Source: Octopus bimaculoides
Lineage: Eukaryota
Assembly: GCF_001194135.2 (NCBI RefSeq)
Contig: NC_068999.1
Location: forward strand, 17,401,162 to 17,444,353
Length of the DNA: 43,192 bases
Reading direction: 5' to 3'
In this document: positions 11,313 through 24,601 of the stretch, in pieces
Numbering within the stretch: the stretch's first letter is position 1
Layout: the number at the start of each line of letters is the position of its first letter
Notes under the pieces: generated by a model
Told to the model about the DNA's origin: nothing
The model's input: only the letters and a program-made list of their open reading frames with translations
Databases searched by the model: none
Position numbers and translations under genes: made by a program

Positions 11313-11887
11313 GACAGCTGACGTTCTGTACGCTATTCTGTTATTGACCCACAAATCAAGGGTCGAAATATAGATACAAAAGTAATTACAGACAAACAAA
11401 CAAATTTGCTTTTTAGCCAAGGGACTTTCCTGATACATTGCAAGCGCAGGTGCCACTTCATGCTCGCTGTTCATTATCTATAATCTTCCAAAATAATTGA
11501 CAACATGTGAGTTGTGTCTGTCGGTGTATGCGTATTAATACGTAATATGATAGTGTGAATGCGTTTACGTCTCGTTCCTAAGTTACAAATATTATCCTCA
11601 CTCCGGAAGAAGGGCAAGCCTTGAAACTGAGACTTATTAATCTCATACTTTATGTGAAAATGATATAAGCATTGATTTTAATCTAATTATTTCTAATTAC
11701 ATGCAAGTCTATTTTCAAACATTGAATTTATTGCTTGATTCAAAGTAACACCTGGTGGCTGGAATAACGAGTTAATAATGTCTTTTAGTTCTTTTCACCA
11801 CCGCTTACCTCATTATAAAAAATCTTGAATGTTGAGTACCCAAGAGCAATTTATCTGTAGACACATTTCTCTTTCTAACCACACGTA

Positions 11888-11938
<51 letters not shown>

Positions 11939-12884
11939 TACATACATACGTCGATACACACAAACATACTTATATTCAGGAACATGCATTTCTAAATACA
12001 TGGTTAACTTTTTGCAGGCCAAGAATTGTATAATTGACGAAATTCTACTTCGAAAGTATATGGTAATTTGTGATTGACATATCTTAAAATTAGTTGAGGT
12101 TAACATATTAAATGTACTGAATGAATTCGGAAACACATTACTATATCGGTTTGTTCGAATGCAAACTGCTTTGCAAGTATTAAATCTACCAGTAATGGTT
12201 TCTTGCTTCATTACATACTTTTTTGAAAAGAAGGGCCATCTTAGTCTCGAAAGTCTCTTAGCATTTATTTACATATTTTTCTTTAGTCTCGAGTCAGCTT
12301 TTTTTTTTCAGAATTATCCTTATGCCTTTTCTCTATGCCGGGGTACATTATCTATTGGGATGTTTTAATAAACATATAAATTGTGATTAAGCGTGACTTT
12401 GAGCGCTATTTCAAAGAGAATATTAGACGACATAGCAAATCCCTCGTTGGCTGGATTTATATAGACCTATATTGCAGAGGCTCACAAAGAATAAGTCCTG
12501 GGGTGGATCTCTTAAACGGTAGGAATACGAAGATTGTAATTTCTAGGTGTTTAATATCATAGGTTGGAAATATGTTGAAGTTTCGTACACCATCTAAATA
12601 TTCCTAGTGTGGAAATCAATACAACACACTGAAAGTATCACAAGTTAAAACTGAAATATTCATCAAGTATCAATTCTATTAGATTGATTAATATGATGAA
12701 ATAAAATCCATTTTCAGGGATATGGAATGAAAGACCACCAAAAATCAAGAAAGGTCGTGATGTCCTACATAATCTGTTCGTGCTATTAGGATTTTACTAG
12801 GGATAGCTAAAATGGTTTCCAGTTTAGAGGAACAGTAAGTGCCAATGATTTTGCAAGCTCACCGCCTTAGAAGGACATTTATTA

Positions 12885-13020
12885 TTGATTTCAAATTTCG
12901 GGACAAGGCCAGCCAATTTCGGTGGAGGGTGTAAATCGATTCCATCGAGCCCAGTGTTCAACTGCTACTTAATTTATCGACCCTGAAACGATGATAAGCA
13001 AAACCTACCTCGGTGGTATG
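12885..13020 (-). mobile_element. Decayed SINE fragment, same family as 8432-8664
   Basis: Contains ATCGA.CCCAGTG...ACTTAATTTATCGACCC.GAAA.GATGA, the reverse complement of the 8432 SINE body. Confidence 0.6.
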
Positions 13021-13722
13021 GGAAGGGTGATATTTCATCTTAATACATGAAGGATAGTTCTCGGATTCTGCTGCTATGACTTCCATGTTAGTAAACGCAT
13101 ATTACACATATTCAGTGCCTTTAAAGCATTGCCGCAGAACTAGGGAAAATTGTAGAATTTCCACAGTGTGAAAAACCATTGGCCTTCAGCCTATGGATTG
13201 TGTGTTGTTATGGAACTAAAAAGCAGTGGAAATGTGTAATATACAATATATTTCACTGTGAAAATTCAGAAAGTATCGATAGTTTTACTTGTCAATATTT
13301 TTCTAACCTGATATTAGACGTGTGAGAAGGATTATATTAAATCGTAAATTAAATCTATGTCATGTTCATGGCTTGTTAAAAAGACATTACGTCACACGCT
13401 ACAATAATATATTCAATATCGATGTAAACCTTTCTTGGAGACGAAATATTAGAAAAAGAATTGGAATATGAAGAATCAATTGCCTGCTAAAGAATGCCAC
13501 TCAAAATCCTATATTCTGTTATCAACATGTGAATACGTGGTGTTGAACTTTCAAAACAGGTGTGCATTTGGAGATAACAGACTATAAATAATACTTTAGA
13601 AGGGAAATAAATTCCATTTGTGTGAATCGTTGCAATACACAAATAAATCATTATCATAATACATTTCGATAAAATTCACCAGATAAGAGCGGCATCACTT
13701 TACATACAAAAACATAAGTGCA

Positions 13723-13763
<41 letters not shown>

Positions 13764-13764
13764 T

Positions 13765-13803
<39 letters not shown>

Positions 13804-15126
13804 TATATGTGTATACGTACTTATATATATATACATATGTTCATACACACATACATATCTATGTGTAGCGTAAGCTTTTGTCGGTATTTGTGCACATTGT
13901 ATATTCATATAGGGATCACTGATTTCTAATCCACGGCTATCAGAAAGTCGAGATTAACGTGATTTCAACGTCAGTTCCAGTCGGATGCAATTTGCAATTT
14001 TCTTGAGAAGTTTCGCGATTTCAGTATGCTAATCTGCGGGAATATGATAGAATCTATGAAACATATCACAATTTCCTGTAGTATCAACATTAACTTACGT
14101 TTGATGTAAGATTAGATTTTTCCCGGTGTTATGAATGTTTATCCTTTTGTACGAACTGAAGGACCCGTTCAGCCGTAAATTTGTGAAATAAAAATCACAT
14201 GATTCAGCGTGTCTTCCCTTTTCTAAAAGGATAGAGAATTGATTTGGGATGTATTTCGCCATTAGTTTTAGCAGATCAAGTCATGAATTTTAGGGCCTGA
14301 TCTTGGCATACGAAATGTGGAACGTGACATAACCGCTGCAAAAAGAAAAAGAAAGAAAAGTTATTGTTGCTGGTGACGCTATTGACGCTTTGCAGATACG
14401 TATTATAGAGGAGTGAGCATGTTCCCCTGTTAGCTATCATACACCTCTCTTGTTTAGATATCAGGTGAACAATCGTAACTCTTATTACATATATAACAAA
14501 AGTAAACTGAAACTAATCTGTGAGTGGCTGACGGCTTTATATGTTTCGGAGAACTTATATGTATTAATTCCAGTGATAAAATTTTCGACTTTTAAATATG
14601 TAGCATCCGTTATATATTTCGCCCAAGACTGATTCCCATTCATAAAAATCGGGGAGAAATAAAAACAAAAAAGAGAGAATATCCCAATAATTTAGTATTT
14701 CCATCTAGTGGTCACAGAATCAAATATTAAACAGAAATGCTAAGCAAGTTCTCGATAAAAGTTGGAAGTATTAATCACTAAAACCAGCTTGTCGATCAGA
14801 TTTTCGAAGAATATGCGAAAGCAAGTCCACTTCTAATAGATTAGAATGGGGAATGCAAAAAATGGTCAAATATAATACTGAACATGGAGAACAAAAACAG
14901 TTAAACAAAATATACGGCCGTTACTTAATTTCCCGGTTCCGAAAAAGCGAGAGATATCGTATACGCAGAAGAAATGTCAGAGTCTGCTGAATACTGAAGT
15001 ACGAACCATGGAATATTCAGGATATTAAAGTTGATATATAGGTGTTAATAATTTCACATAGGGTGCGAGGTGCTGCGAATGAGTTTGAAACTTCAGTCGC
15101 TCAAGTACAAATTAAAACTTTGGTAC

Positions 15127-15369
15127 AGAAGAGAATTTGTAATAGATAGGCGATTTAACATAATTACGAATTTCATAAAAATACTATCTTTCTAAATTCT
15201 TTCATAAAATAATTATCATTGATATTAAAATGAACATGGAGTTCCAACATGGAATTACATGTTCATTTTAATATGAACGATAATTATTTTATCAAAGAGT
15301 TTAGAAAGAGAGTATTTTTATGAAATTCGTAATTATGTTAAATCGCCTGTCTATTACAAATGCTCTTCT
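15127..15369. repeat. 243-bp near-perfect palindrome (120-bp arms, 3-nt spacer)
   Basis: Arm 15127-15246 matches the reverse complement of 15250-15369 at 111 of 120 positions by manual alignment, with no indels. Confidence 0.95.
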
Positions 15370-17463
15370 TTCTCTCACTTTCTGTTCCCTTCTTTCATTG
15401 TGTCTCTATGTATATAAGATATTTTCCCCCCAGTATGTCTGCAGATGAAACCTATACCTGTACATTTTTTAACTTTATCTTATTTCTTTGTTCAGATCAA
15501 CACAAAGAATAATTTGCAACATCATTAAAATACGTATCATACATTTATTAGAGTTGTTCAGAATTATTTGTAATTATTATATTCATATTAATGTAAGAAC
15601 ATATATGTGTATAGGTGTATATGTATAAATATATGTGTATGCGTGCGTGTAAGCTCTTGTGCAACCATGTTACTATGCATAAATGCATTCGTAAATATGT
15701 GCATAATGTGGTCATCATACCTTCGGCCAACTTGCTAACAAAACAGGTTTAATACAGATGCAACAAGAAAACATGTAGAACGAAAAACACTGGTTGTTGT
15801 AGATATCACCTATTCCCGAAGCTAAGAGAGAAAGAGATAACTTATGAATAAGTTTGAAACCAGCACTTTCTTGATTCAGGTGAAATGTTCCAGTTAATAC
15901 GCACTTAACAAATTATGGCTTCAAATCAGAACAATAAAATACATGCAAGGTTTTTTGGAAGTTCATCAAGTAGTATTTATTGATCTATTCCGAATTCAAA
16001 CGGTGGAGCTTTGGTTCTTTAATCAAAACAATTTACTTACAAATAAAAATAACACACACACTCACAAACACACACTAGCACACACATAGATACATATATG
16101 TATATATGTATGAAGAAAGTGACAAATAAAGAGGGAGGCTGCTACACACATATACATATACATAATTAGTGATGTAGTCAATATTTATTTAGGCAGACAT
16201 CCTTTAATAACATTGCATATAAATTGCAAAATGGTTTACCAGAAAGACAAAAAAAAACACAACGCAAATAATAATTTTCTCTTGTCACTCTAAGCTATTG
16301 CAGAGTTTATCAAGTGAATAGACCAACATAAGATCACAACCACAGATGTTCTGTTTACAGAGGAAGTAAACACGCACTGAAACGACCGAAGCTAAAGGTT
16401 GTATTTTTCTCTTATCTGTTAGAAATAAATATTTTGTAATACATATTGACACACCCGCATATGTGTGTTCCTTTGTGCTTGTGCACCTGTGTGTGTGTGT
16501 ATGGATACACACCCAATAGTATGTATATATATATATATATATATATATNNNNNNNNNNNNNNNNNNNNNNNNNNNNNNNNNNNNNNNNNNNNNNNNNNNN
16601 NNNNNNNNNNNNNNNNNNNNNNNNNNNNNNNNNNNNNNNNNNNNNNNNNNNNNNNNNNNNNNNNNNNNNNNNNNNNNNNNNNNNNNNNNNNNNNNNNNNN
16701 NNNNNNNNNNNNNNNNNNNNNNNNNNNNNNNNNNNNNNNNNNNNNNNNNNNNNNNNNNNNNNNNNNNNNNNNNNNNNNNNNNNNNNNNNNNNNNNNNNNN
16801 NNNNNNNNNNNNNNNNNNNNNNNNNNNNNNNNNNNNNNNNNNNNNNNNNNNNNNNNNNNNNNNNNNNNNNNNNNNNNNNNNNNNNNNNNNNNNNNNNNNN
16901 NNNNNNNNNNNNNNNNNNNNNNNNNNNNNNNNNNNNNNNNNNNNNNNNNNNNNNNNNNNNNNNNNNNNNNNNNNNNNNNNNNNNNNNNNNNNNNNNNNNN
17001 NNNNNNNNNNNNNNNNNNNNNNNNNNNNNNNNNNNNNNNNNNNNNNNNNNNNNNNNNNNNNNNNNNNNNNNNNNNNNNNNNNNNNNNNNNNNNNNNNNNN
17101 NNNNNNNNNNNNNNNNNNNNNNNNNNNNNNNNNNNNNNNNNNNNNNNNNNNNNNNNNNNNNNNNNNNNNNNNNNNNNNNNNNNNNNNNNNNNNNNNNNNN
17201 NNNNNNNNNNNNNNNNNNNNNNNNNNNNNNNNNNNNNNNNNNNNNNNNNNNNNNNNNNNNNNNNNNNNNNNNNNNNNNNNNNNNNNNNNNNNNNNNNNNN
17301 NNNNNNNNNNNNNNNNNNNNNNNNNNNNNNNNNNNNNNNNNNNNNNNNNNNNNNNNNNNNNNNNNNNNNNNNNNNNNNNNNNNNNNNNNNNNNNNNNNNN
17401 NNNNNNNNNNNNNNNNNNNNNNNNNNNNNNNNNNNNNNNNNNNNNNNNNNNNNNNNNNNNNNN

Positions 17464-17532
<69 letters not shown>

Positions 17533-18128
17533 TAGATAGATAGATATGGAATTGCTTCCTCGAATCGCAAAGCGTGTATATTGTTTGCTTGAATTGTAAT
17601 TATTTTCTTCGTTGATTATAGTACTGGTTATAATTGTTAAGCATATATTTAAAGAGATCTTCAGTGTGATATTAGGTAACAAAGGAAAATATATCTTCAT
17701 AGAATGTTACGTCATCTATCATCCATCTGATATATAGAATTGTGCGATGCATGATGGCTGTTTGAAGGTATAGAAGTAAATTTGTTACATTAACTTACTT
17801 CTTGACTCTTACGGGTGGCATCCCTCATATTACCCGTACCCAGACAATTACGTTCCATTAGCCTCCATGTATCAAAGTTTTAAAAAAAGGAAACAAATGT
17901 GAGCTTAACCGTTTCGTTGAATCACATAAATGTTTTGCTAATCGACCCTTCCTACAATGATAATTTTATTGACCCTGGATTGATTGATAAACTGAACTTC
18001 GGTGGGATTTGAGCTTTGTAATTAAAGGACCGGAAGAATCACCGTGAAACATTATCTGTCGTTGTGACGTTTTCTTCATTTCAAACCCTATAACCCTAAT
18101 TAGGAAATAAGTTAAGTATGAAAGTGTG

Positions 18129-18375
18129 GAGGGGCGTGGCTTAGTGGTTAGGATGTCAACACCATGATCGTAAGATTGTGGTTTCGATTCCTGGACCGGG
18201 CGACGTTTTGAGTTCTTGAGCAAATGACTTCATTTCACGTTGCTCCAGTCCACTCAGCTGGCAAAAATGAGTAACGCTGCGATGGACTGGCGTCCCGTCA
18301 AGCTTGGGAAGGTATACGCCATTGAAACCGGAAAACCGGGCCCATGAGCCTGGCAAGGCTTTAAAATGGCGCATT
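18129..18375 (+). mobile_element. tRNA-derived SINE with MetaSINE-like central domain
   Basis: A box TGGCTTAGTGG, B box GTTTCGATTCC, then TTCTTGAGCAA..GCTCCAGTCCACTCAGCTG..AATGAGTA..CTGCGATGGACTGGCGTCCCGTC..GAAACCGG. Confidence 0.75.
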
Positions 18376-20067
18376 TAGTTTTATTTTTATAAGTATGAAA
18401 ATTAAACAAAGTAGCCATGCTCTGGTAAGAACATCCCCCTCCTCTGGTGTGCACGATTAATTGACACTCAGGATAAACAACAAAAATAAACGACAATATT
18501 TCATGACATACATGACATTCATGTGGAATAAAGATTTATAGTATGTGTAGGAGTTAACAGCTCGATAAAATTTATGAGGAGTGATAAGTTACAAAAATAA
18601 CGTTGTAACATTATTCTTCTGTCATACCTTTTATGAAGTGTTTGACGTATCTGATATTTGGAACAATTCTTATTTCGAAACAAAGTATACCATAGAACGG
18701 GTCTGATATAGAAACAGAAAATCTTTAAAATAAAGACAAAACATTCGATAGGTATTTAATTCAAGTCATTTCCAATACTAGTACTTCATTACCTGTTTTC
18801 AATTCGCAATAAATACCTTAAAATATAAAAAAATAATTTTCGATGTTTGCGTATATAATATGAGTTACACAGTTTGTATAGGTAAATATTTCTTACAATA
18901 TGATTAATTTAACAATATTTTGTTAAAATCACAAGTTAAAATACCATTTCGTTTCGTTTGTTCTACATTGTGTTTTTTTATAAAGCAAATTGCTTTAAAT
19001 AGCATTTTGCAACGATAAATTTCTGAAATGTTTACCCATTTATATATATTTCTAATACAACTAATTATATATTTATTCGCAGGAATGTTTAAAAGTGGAA
19101 TGTAAATATATTATTTTAAATGGAGACATGAAATCAGAACATGATAGAAGTAATTTTGTTCGCATGTTCCCAGGAGGAATTCTTATTTTCGTGTATATGT
19201 ATTTATATTTAATATATATTATTTTTAAATAATACGATTTTTTTTTAAAGTATTTCTATTAACCACGATGTGGCACTAGGTGTAAATTTATTGAATTTCT
19301 CTTTGTATTTTATCGCAGATGATTATGTAGATGTATATCTGTTATTAAACATAATACATATCTACACCTGTTAAATTATTTAAAATTCTTTCTCAAAACT
19401 GGAAAATATCATAAAACAACATAGAAGAAATTACAAATGTATACATTTGCTTAAAGTTTATGTGCATATATGTAATTATTTGTGTCTTTGTAAACTTGAT
19501 ATTGCAAAGTGATTGTATGGCGATGGATACAATTATTTCAAGCAAGTATCATGAAATATTATTTGTTTACTTAAGTAATGTAGATGCATAAGATTGGTTT
19601 TCTGAATCGCAATATTTGGTGCACTAAAACACAGTACGATCATAAGCAATTGCATTTATAAGCAAGTACATAGCAAGTACATGCTGCACGTTTTGCGTTG
19701 TGTTAAACTTATTTTCAACAGGATGGTAACGTATTAGTATGTTTATATAACTGAATATTAGATATTGTATAAGATGACAAAGTGTTTCTTGAGATATATC
19801 TATACAAGCATGGAAAACTAAAAATCTCTAGATGCATTCTGTAGAATTTGATTACCATAAAAAAAAATGCTGTTGACCCATTAGGAGCTTTTCGAAAGGA
19901 ATTTCTTCCAAATGCAAAATTGTATTCTGACAAATAATGCGATGATATATTGATATATTTACAGAGTATATTGCCAATGACACGTTCGTTGTGTCCCCTG
20001 CAAATTTGTTTCTATTATCTGGTTCAAACTCATTGTTTCGGAGAATAATACAGTTTAAGAATCACTG

Positions 20068-20142
20068 AAATTTTCTGATCCTAATAAAACATTGATATGT
20101 TTTATTTCTGATCCTAATAAAACATTTATATGTTTTATTTCT
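20068..20142. repeat. Tandem duplication, unit about 34 bp, two copies
   Basis: TTTCTGATCCTAATAAAACATT(G/T)ATATGTTTTATTT occurs twice in tandem. Confidence 0.85.
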
Positions 20143-20206
20143 CAATATTTTGTTTCATAGTATCTCCAACACGAGTAAACTTTACATTATTTACATTATT
20201 GCTCAC

Positions 20207-20505
20207 GGGCATATAGCGTAGTGGTTAAGAGCGCGGGCTACTAACCCCAAGATTCCGAGTTCGATTCCAAGCAGTGACCTGAACAACAATAATAATAATA
20301 ATAGTAATAATAATAATAACATCGAAAAATTCCTTAGGAATGACAGCCCAGGTTCAAAATTTCCCCATATACATCTGAAGAAGGCAGGAGGGTATGTGAA
20401 CCGAAACGTTGTGTTGACAACAAACACGATGAGGACACTTATCCGTCAAATGTGAATAATGTAAATAATGTACATAATTTCTAATTTCTTAAATATAGAA
20501 CTGAA
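20207..20505 (+). mobile_element. tRNA-headed SINE-like element carrying a hammerhead ribozyme motif
   Basis: tRNA-like head 20207-20279 (A box TAGCGTAGTGG 20214-20224, GGG-CTACTAA-CCC anticodon-like loop, B box GTTCGATTC 20259-20267), an (AAT)n tract at 20287-20319, then a hammerhead core at 20371-20414. The 3' boundary is approximate. Confidence 0.8.
20371..20414 (+). ncRNA. Minimal type I hammerhead ribozyme motif (stem II decayed)
   Basis: ACAU-CUGAAGA-A-GG(16 nt)CC-GAAA-CG-U-U-GUGU. Intact core, palindromic stem III ACGU, triplet GUU (cut after 20410), stem I ACAU/GUGU. Only 2 bp of stem II remain. Confidence 0.65.
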
Positions 20506-20559
20506 GAAGTAAACTTTGATTTTTATCATTATACTTAATGTGTCGATATTATCAATATA

Positions 20560-21990
20560 AGTTGTGAAGGCCGACAAATCGTGGATGAAGTTGGCAAAAT
20601 TTTTTCCAGGATTATGTTACGTTATCTGATAACTGACCTGACACAAATAATTCTCCCGGAAAGCCTGTTAACCTCTCGCTACGACAGGGACACACATGAC
20701 ATGATTTCCGTAGCTAGTCTCATCTTATAAATGACAGCAACATAAGATCCCCTGTGCTATCCCAGACATTTCAAAGGCATACGACACAATTAACAGAAGC
20801 ATTCTATGGAGAGTAGCTCAAAAGATTTTCGACGCAATGTTGGCAAGTTTTCACGAAGGTATGTAAGGAAAAGTTGTCACTGGACGTACAAGTTGGAGCA
20901 AAACAAGGATGTTTCCTGGATCCTATAATCTTTAACATGCACCTGGTCGCTGTGGTTTACTTTTCCAGAATCAATATTGCTCCATCTTCAGGCGATATTC
21001 AGGAGGGCAGCCTCTTGAACACAAGACTGCTTAATTCAATTTCTTAAACGTCAACACTTCCTATATTCGAACTTCAGTATGCTGCTACAGCTTATGACAT
21101 CTCAAATATAGGGCTTTGTACCATCCCTACACAGTGCTTACACACAACTGGGACTTGGCTATCACACCCAAAATGACTGAGGTGATGCAGACATTATTCT
21201 CGGACAATGTGCTTCCTGAGTAATTACATGTAAACAATATTCCACTGAAAAATACATGGTTCTCGTGCTATTTTGAAAGCATAATCTCAGATTCAGCACT
21301 TATTGATAAAAACAAACAAGAAAAGAACCGTATAAACCTAGTTGTTACTACATTTGGCAGACTTAGATCAGGGTATTCGCTAACTCAAGTCGACGACTTT
21401 ATAGCAAAACTGTAGTGTATCCAGCTTTTGTGATCTCCAAGATGCAGTATGGCAGTGAATACTGTACACTTTACAGACAATATATTAGAGTACTTGTACG
21501 GCGATGGATACTACTTGTACGGGGAGCTGTTCATGCTCGGTATCTTCAAAAAAATATTGTCATCTCCTTAGAACAAAAGATTCCCCACCACATCTCTCAA
21601 GACGCACGAATTAGAAGAAATGAATGCGTCTTCAAATGGTGTGTACTGAGCTGGTTAGGGCATATAATCCGTATGCTTAAAAATCACCATGCCGAAATCG
21701 TTCTCTATGGAGTACTCAAAACTGGAAATCGCCCGCCTGGTAACACACTCTCCAAAGGAGATAGAGACATAATGTAGTCATGGACTTCGAAACCAACACG
21801 TATTAGCAGTTTCCCCTGTCCTACCTGCTGCAGAATTTGTAGATCTAGATTTGGAATGAACAGTGATCTGCCATCTCACTTAAGACAACGACATCATCCA
21901 CATCAGTGAACATCTAAGAATGAGAGAATGATAACGATAGAGAATAGGATTCAGGAAATGATGCAACAGTATTGCATAGTGAGTTCTAGT
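20560..21990 (+). mobile_element. 5'-truncated, decayed RTE-clade LINE (reverse transcriptase and C-terminus)
   Basis: Frame-broken motifs GKIFSRIMLRYL..IILPES, DISKAYDTINRSILW, GAKQGC..PIIFNM and KMTEVM, and LSWLGHIIRM..HAEIVLYG.LKTGNRPPG (ORF 21415-21777). Confidence 0.8.
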
Positions 21991-22081
21991 ACGAGCCCTC
22001 TAACCACAAGATGTGTATCGAATTGCGAGCGAAGAAGTCATTAACATACATACGCTATATACAGACATTCTGATACATACA

Positions 22082-22161
<80 letters not shown>

Positions 22162-22174
22162 CCTTTATTCTTTT

Positions 22175-22554
22175 ACTTGTTTCAGTCATTTGACTGGGGT
22201 CTTGCAGGAGCACCACCTTAAATGCTTTTTTAGTTGAAGAAATCGAAACCAGAGACTATTCTTTGTAGCCTAGTACTTATTCTTACGATATCTTTTGCTG
22301 ACACCGCTTAGTTCCGGGAAGGCAAGCACACTAGCACCGGCAATCAAGCAATACTGGAGGGTGGACAAGGCCAAACACAAAGACGTAAATACACACGCAC
22401 GCACACACACGACGGGCTTCTTTCAGTTTACCAAATCCACTCAAAGTTTTGATCGGCCTGAGACTATTGTAGAAGACACTTGCCCAAGGTGCCATGCTAT
22501 GGGACTGAACCCAGAGTGATGTCATTCTAAAACTTCTTACCACGCAACCAAGCC

Positions 22555-22557
<3 letters not shown>
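22175..22557 (-). mobile_element. tRNA-derived SINE with internal (CA)n, second cephalopod family
   Basis: Reverse complement matches the head at 30903-31070 (GGCACCTTG.GCAAGTGTCTTCTAC..GTGGATTTGGTA..AACTGAAAGAAGCCCGTCG). It ends in CAGTCAAATGACTGAAACAAGTAAAAG. Confidence 0.85.
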
Positions 22558-22620
<63 letters not shown>

Positions 22621-24601
22621 TGTGTGTGTGTGCGTGTGTAAATATGTAATATATATATTATATTTATGTGTGTGTATGTATGTAGAGAGAAAGAGGGAGA
22701 CAAAGAGAGTGAGAGATAGCCAGCCAGATCAATCTATCCATATATTTGAGTAAATTATGCATATATATTGTCTTTTGTTCGTTTTAGTCATAAGACCGCG
22801 GCAGTATCAACCAGGTATCATCATCATCATCATCATCATCCACATCGGTCGCTAGGACTACCCGACGAACATGAAATTATTTGTAGCAGTTTGTTTTTTC
22901 TTGATGTTTTAGCAGCATTAATTAAAAAAAAAAGCATTCTACATAATTTTCGTTATCCGAATACTATTTATTCGACCTTGTTTTGCATTTGAGTGCTCAC
23001 TCGTATATATATATATAGGCATCTACATGCATCTACCTATCTGCCTACACACATACATACATACATACATGCTTACATACATATAGATAAAAACGTAATA
23101 TAAACAAATGCCAATACACATCCATACACATTTATATATACACATGATTATACGAGTTTTGTGTGCGGGTGGGTATACCTATTATTGTGCATGGTGTATT
23201 TCGTTCACATATATAACATTAGTAGATAGAAAGAAAATTAATAAGCAGATACAATAAACAGATGAATTCAAATAGAATTGACATTTATTGTTTGTTCCTC
23301 CCTGGGTTATGTATTATTTACCCTCAAATTTGTCGTGCTAGGAAATGTGAAAAAGAGCCCCATGGTTTCTAATTTTGGACTCCCTATCTTTAGCACCACT
23401 ATTGTTCTCAACATACAATCAACGAAACAAAAAATATAAGTATACACAATATTTGTCCATTAAAATATTTTTCGACGACTTTTATATTTACACAAGTCGT
23501 ATACCTGTGTAAGCCATTACACTACTCGATGACTAAAAGCCATTCGTAGCAATATACCACTTAAAAGTAGTATAATATTATCATATATTCGGAGACCCTA
23601 CTTAAGGGAATAAAATTTAAGTCTCTTCTATGCCATCATCTACCTCACTGTTTATTTTTATTGATACCGTTGCTAACTTATTTTTTTACTTTTTTCGTTA
23701 CGCATTTTCAGCCAGATATATAACATGTTTGTTTTAGAATGTGATACTCTTTAGAAATGGCAATAATGTATGTTGTTGGTTTTAGTGTTCAGCTTTGTTA
23801 AATATAATGTGTCTAGAAAAAATATTAATTTGCAGCTCACAGCTAGACAAAAAATAAATAAAATAAAAATACCGAATCTCAAAAAAACACTCTTCTCCTA
23901 TTTCATGTTGGATGTCCTATTTATCCTTGCCACTGGCACCGTCTGTTTTTTAGTAAGAACATCGCAAAGAAGCATCTGATCTTGCCGAAATGTGAAATTA
24001 TACCAAGGGAGTTGAAGAATAACCAAAAGGTATAATTGACTTAAACGGAGCGAAACTTTCTGAAGTTGCGTTGGCAGTCATCCAAAAAAAGTCATGAGGC
24101 CTTTATATTAATCGTTCACTATACCCAATAATAAGGTTAACGAAGTCTTCCATAATAAATCACAGTTAAGCAGTCCATTTGAAACCATTAAATAAAAAGA
24201 TTGCATTTGTTAATTATATCTAATTGGGTTGTAATTAATTACTTAACTTGAATTACTTTCAAATGTATTATTCATAATATGACGTGATATTGTTGTTCTT
24301 ATTATACTTACATATATTTGCGTGTTTAAGTGTGTGCGTGCGTGCGTGTGTTGTTTTTAAAATTAAGTGGTAGAAAATTTATCCGATTAGGTCTAGTTAT
24401 AAGCGATCAAGATCTAAATAGCAGGAATAGAAGAAAGTAAAACTGATTTAAATGTTTATATTGTCGCTACTCATTTATGAGCTTGAAAGTTCCATCTCAT
24501 TTTATGTGCTATGCATGATTTTATTGCTGTTATTGTTGGTGTTTAGCCTAATTTCAGCCATAAACAATTAGACGGGAGCTGTCAGGTGTTCTATTTTTAA
24601 T

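Noticed and set aside
11601-11631. Hammerhead-like CTC-CGGAAGA-AGGGC(AA)GCCTT-GAAA-CT-GAG
   Set aside because: U4 is replaced by G, and there is no room for stem III or a valid UH before stem I. At best a heavily decayed copy, so not counted.
16285-17700. Long ORFs of 190-470 aa in the ORF track (also at 5641, 8563, 9874, 26230, 33091, 36795)
   Set aside because: They are open only because they span N gaps and dinucleotide microsatellites.
20207-20279. Functional tRNA gene with anticodon ACT
   Set aside because: Acceptor and T stems do not pair properly, ACT is not a standard eukaryotic anticodon, and the sequence runs directly into a repeat body. It is a SINE head.
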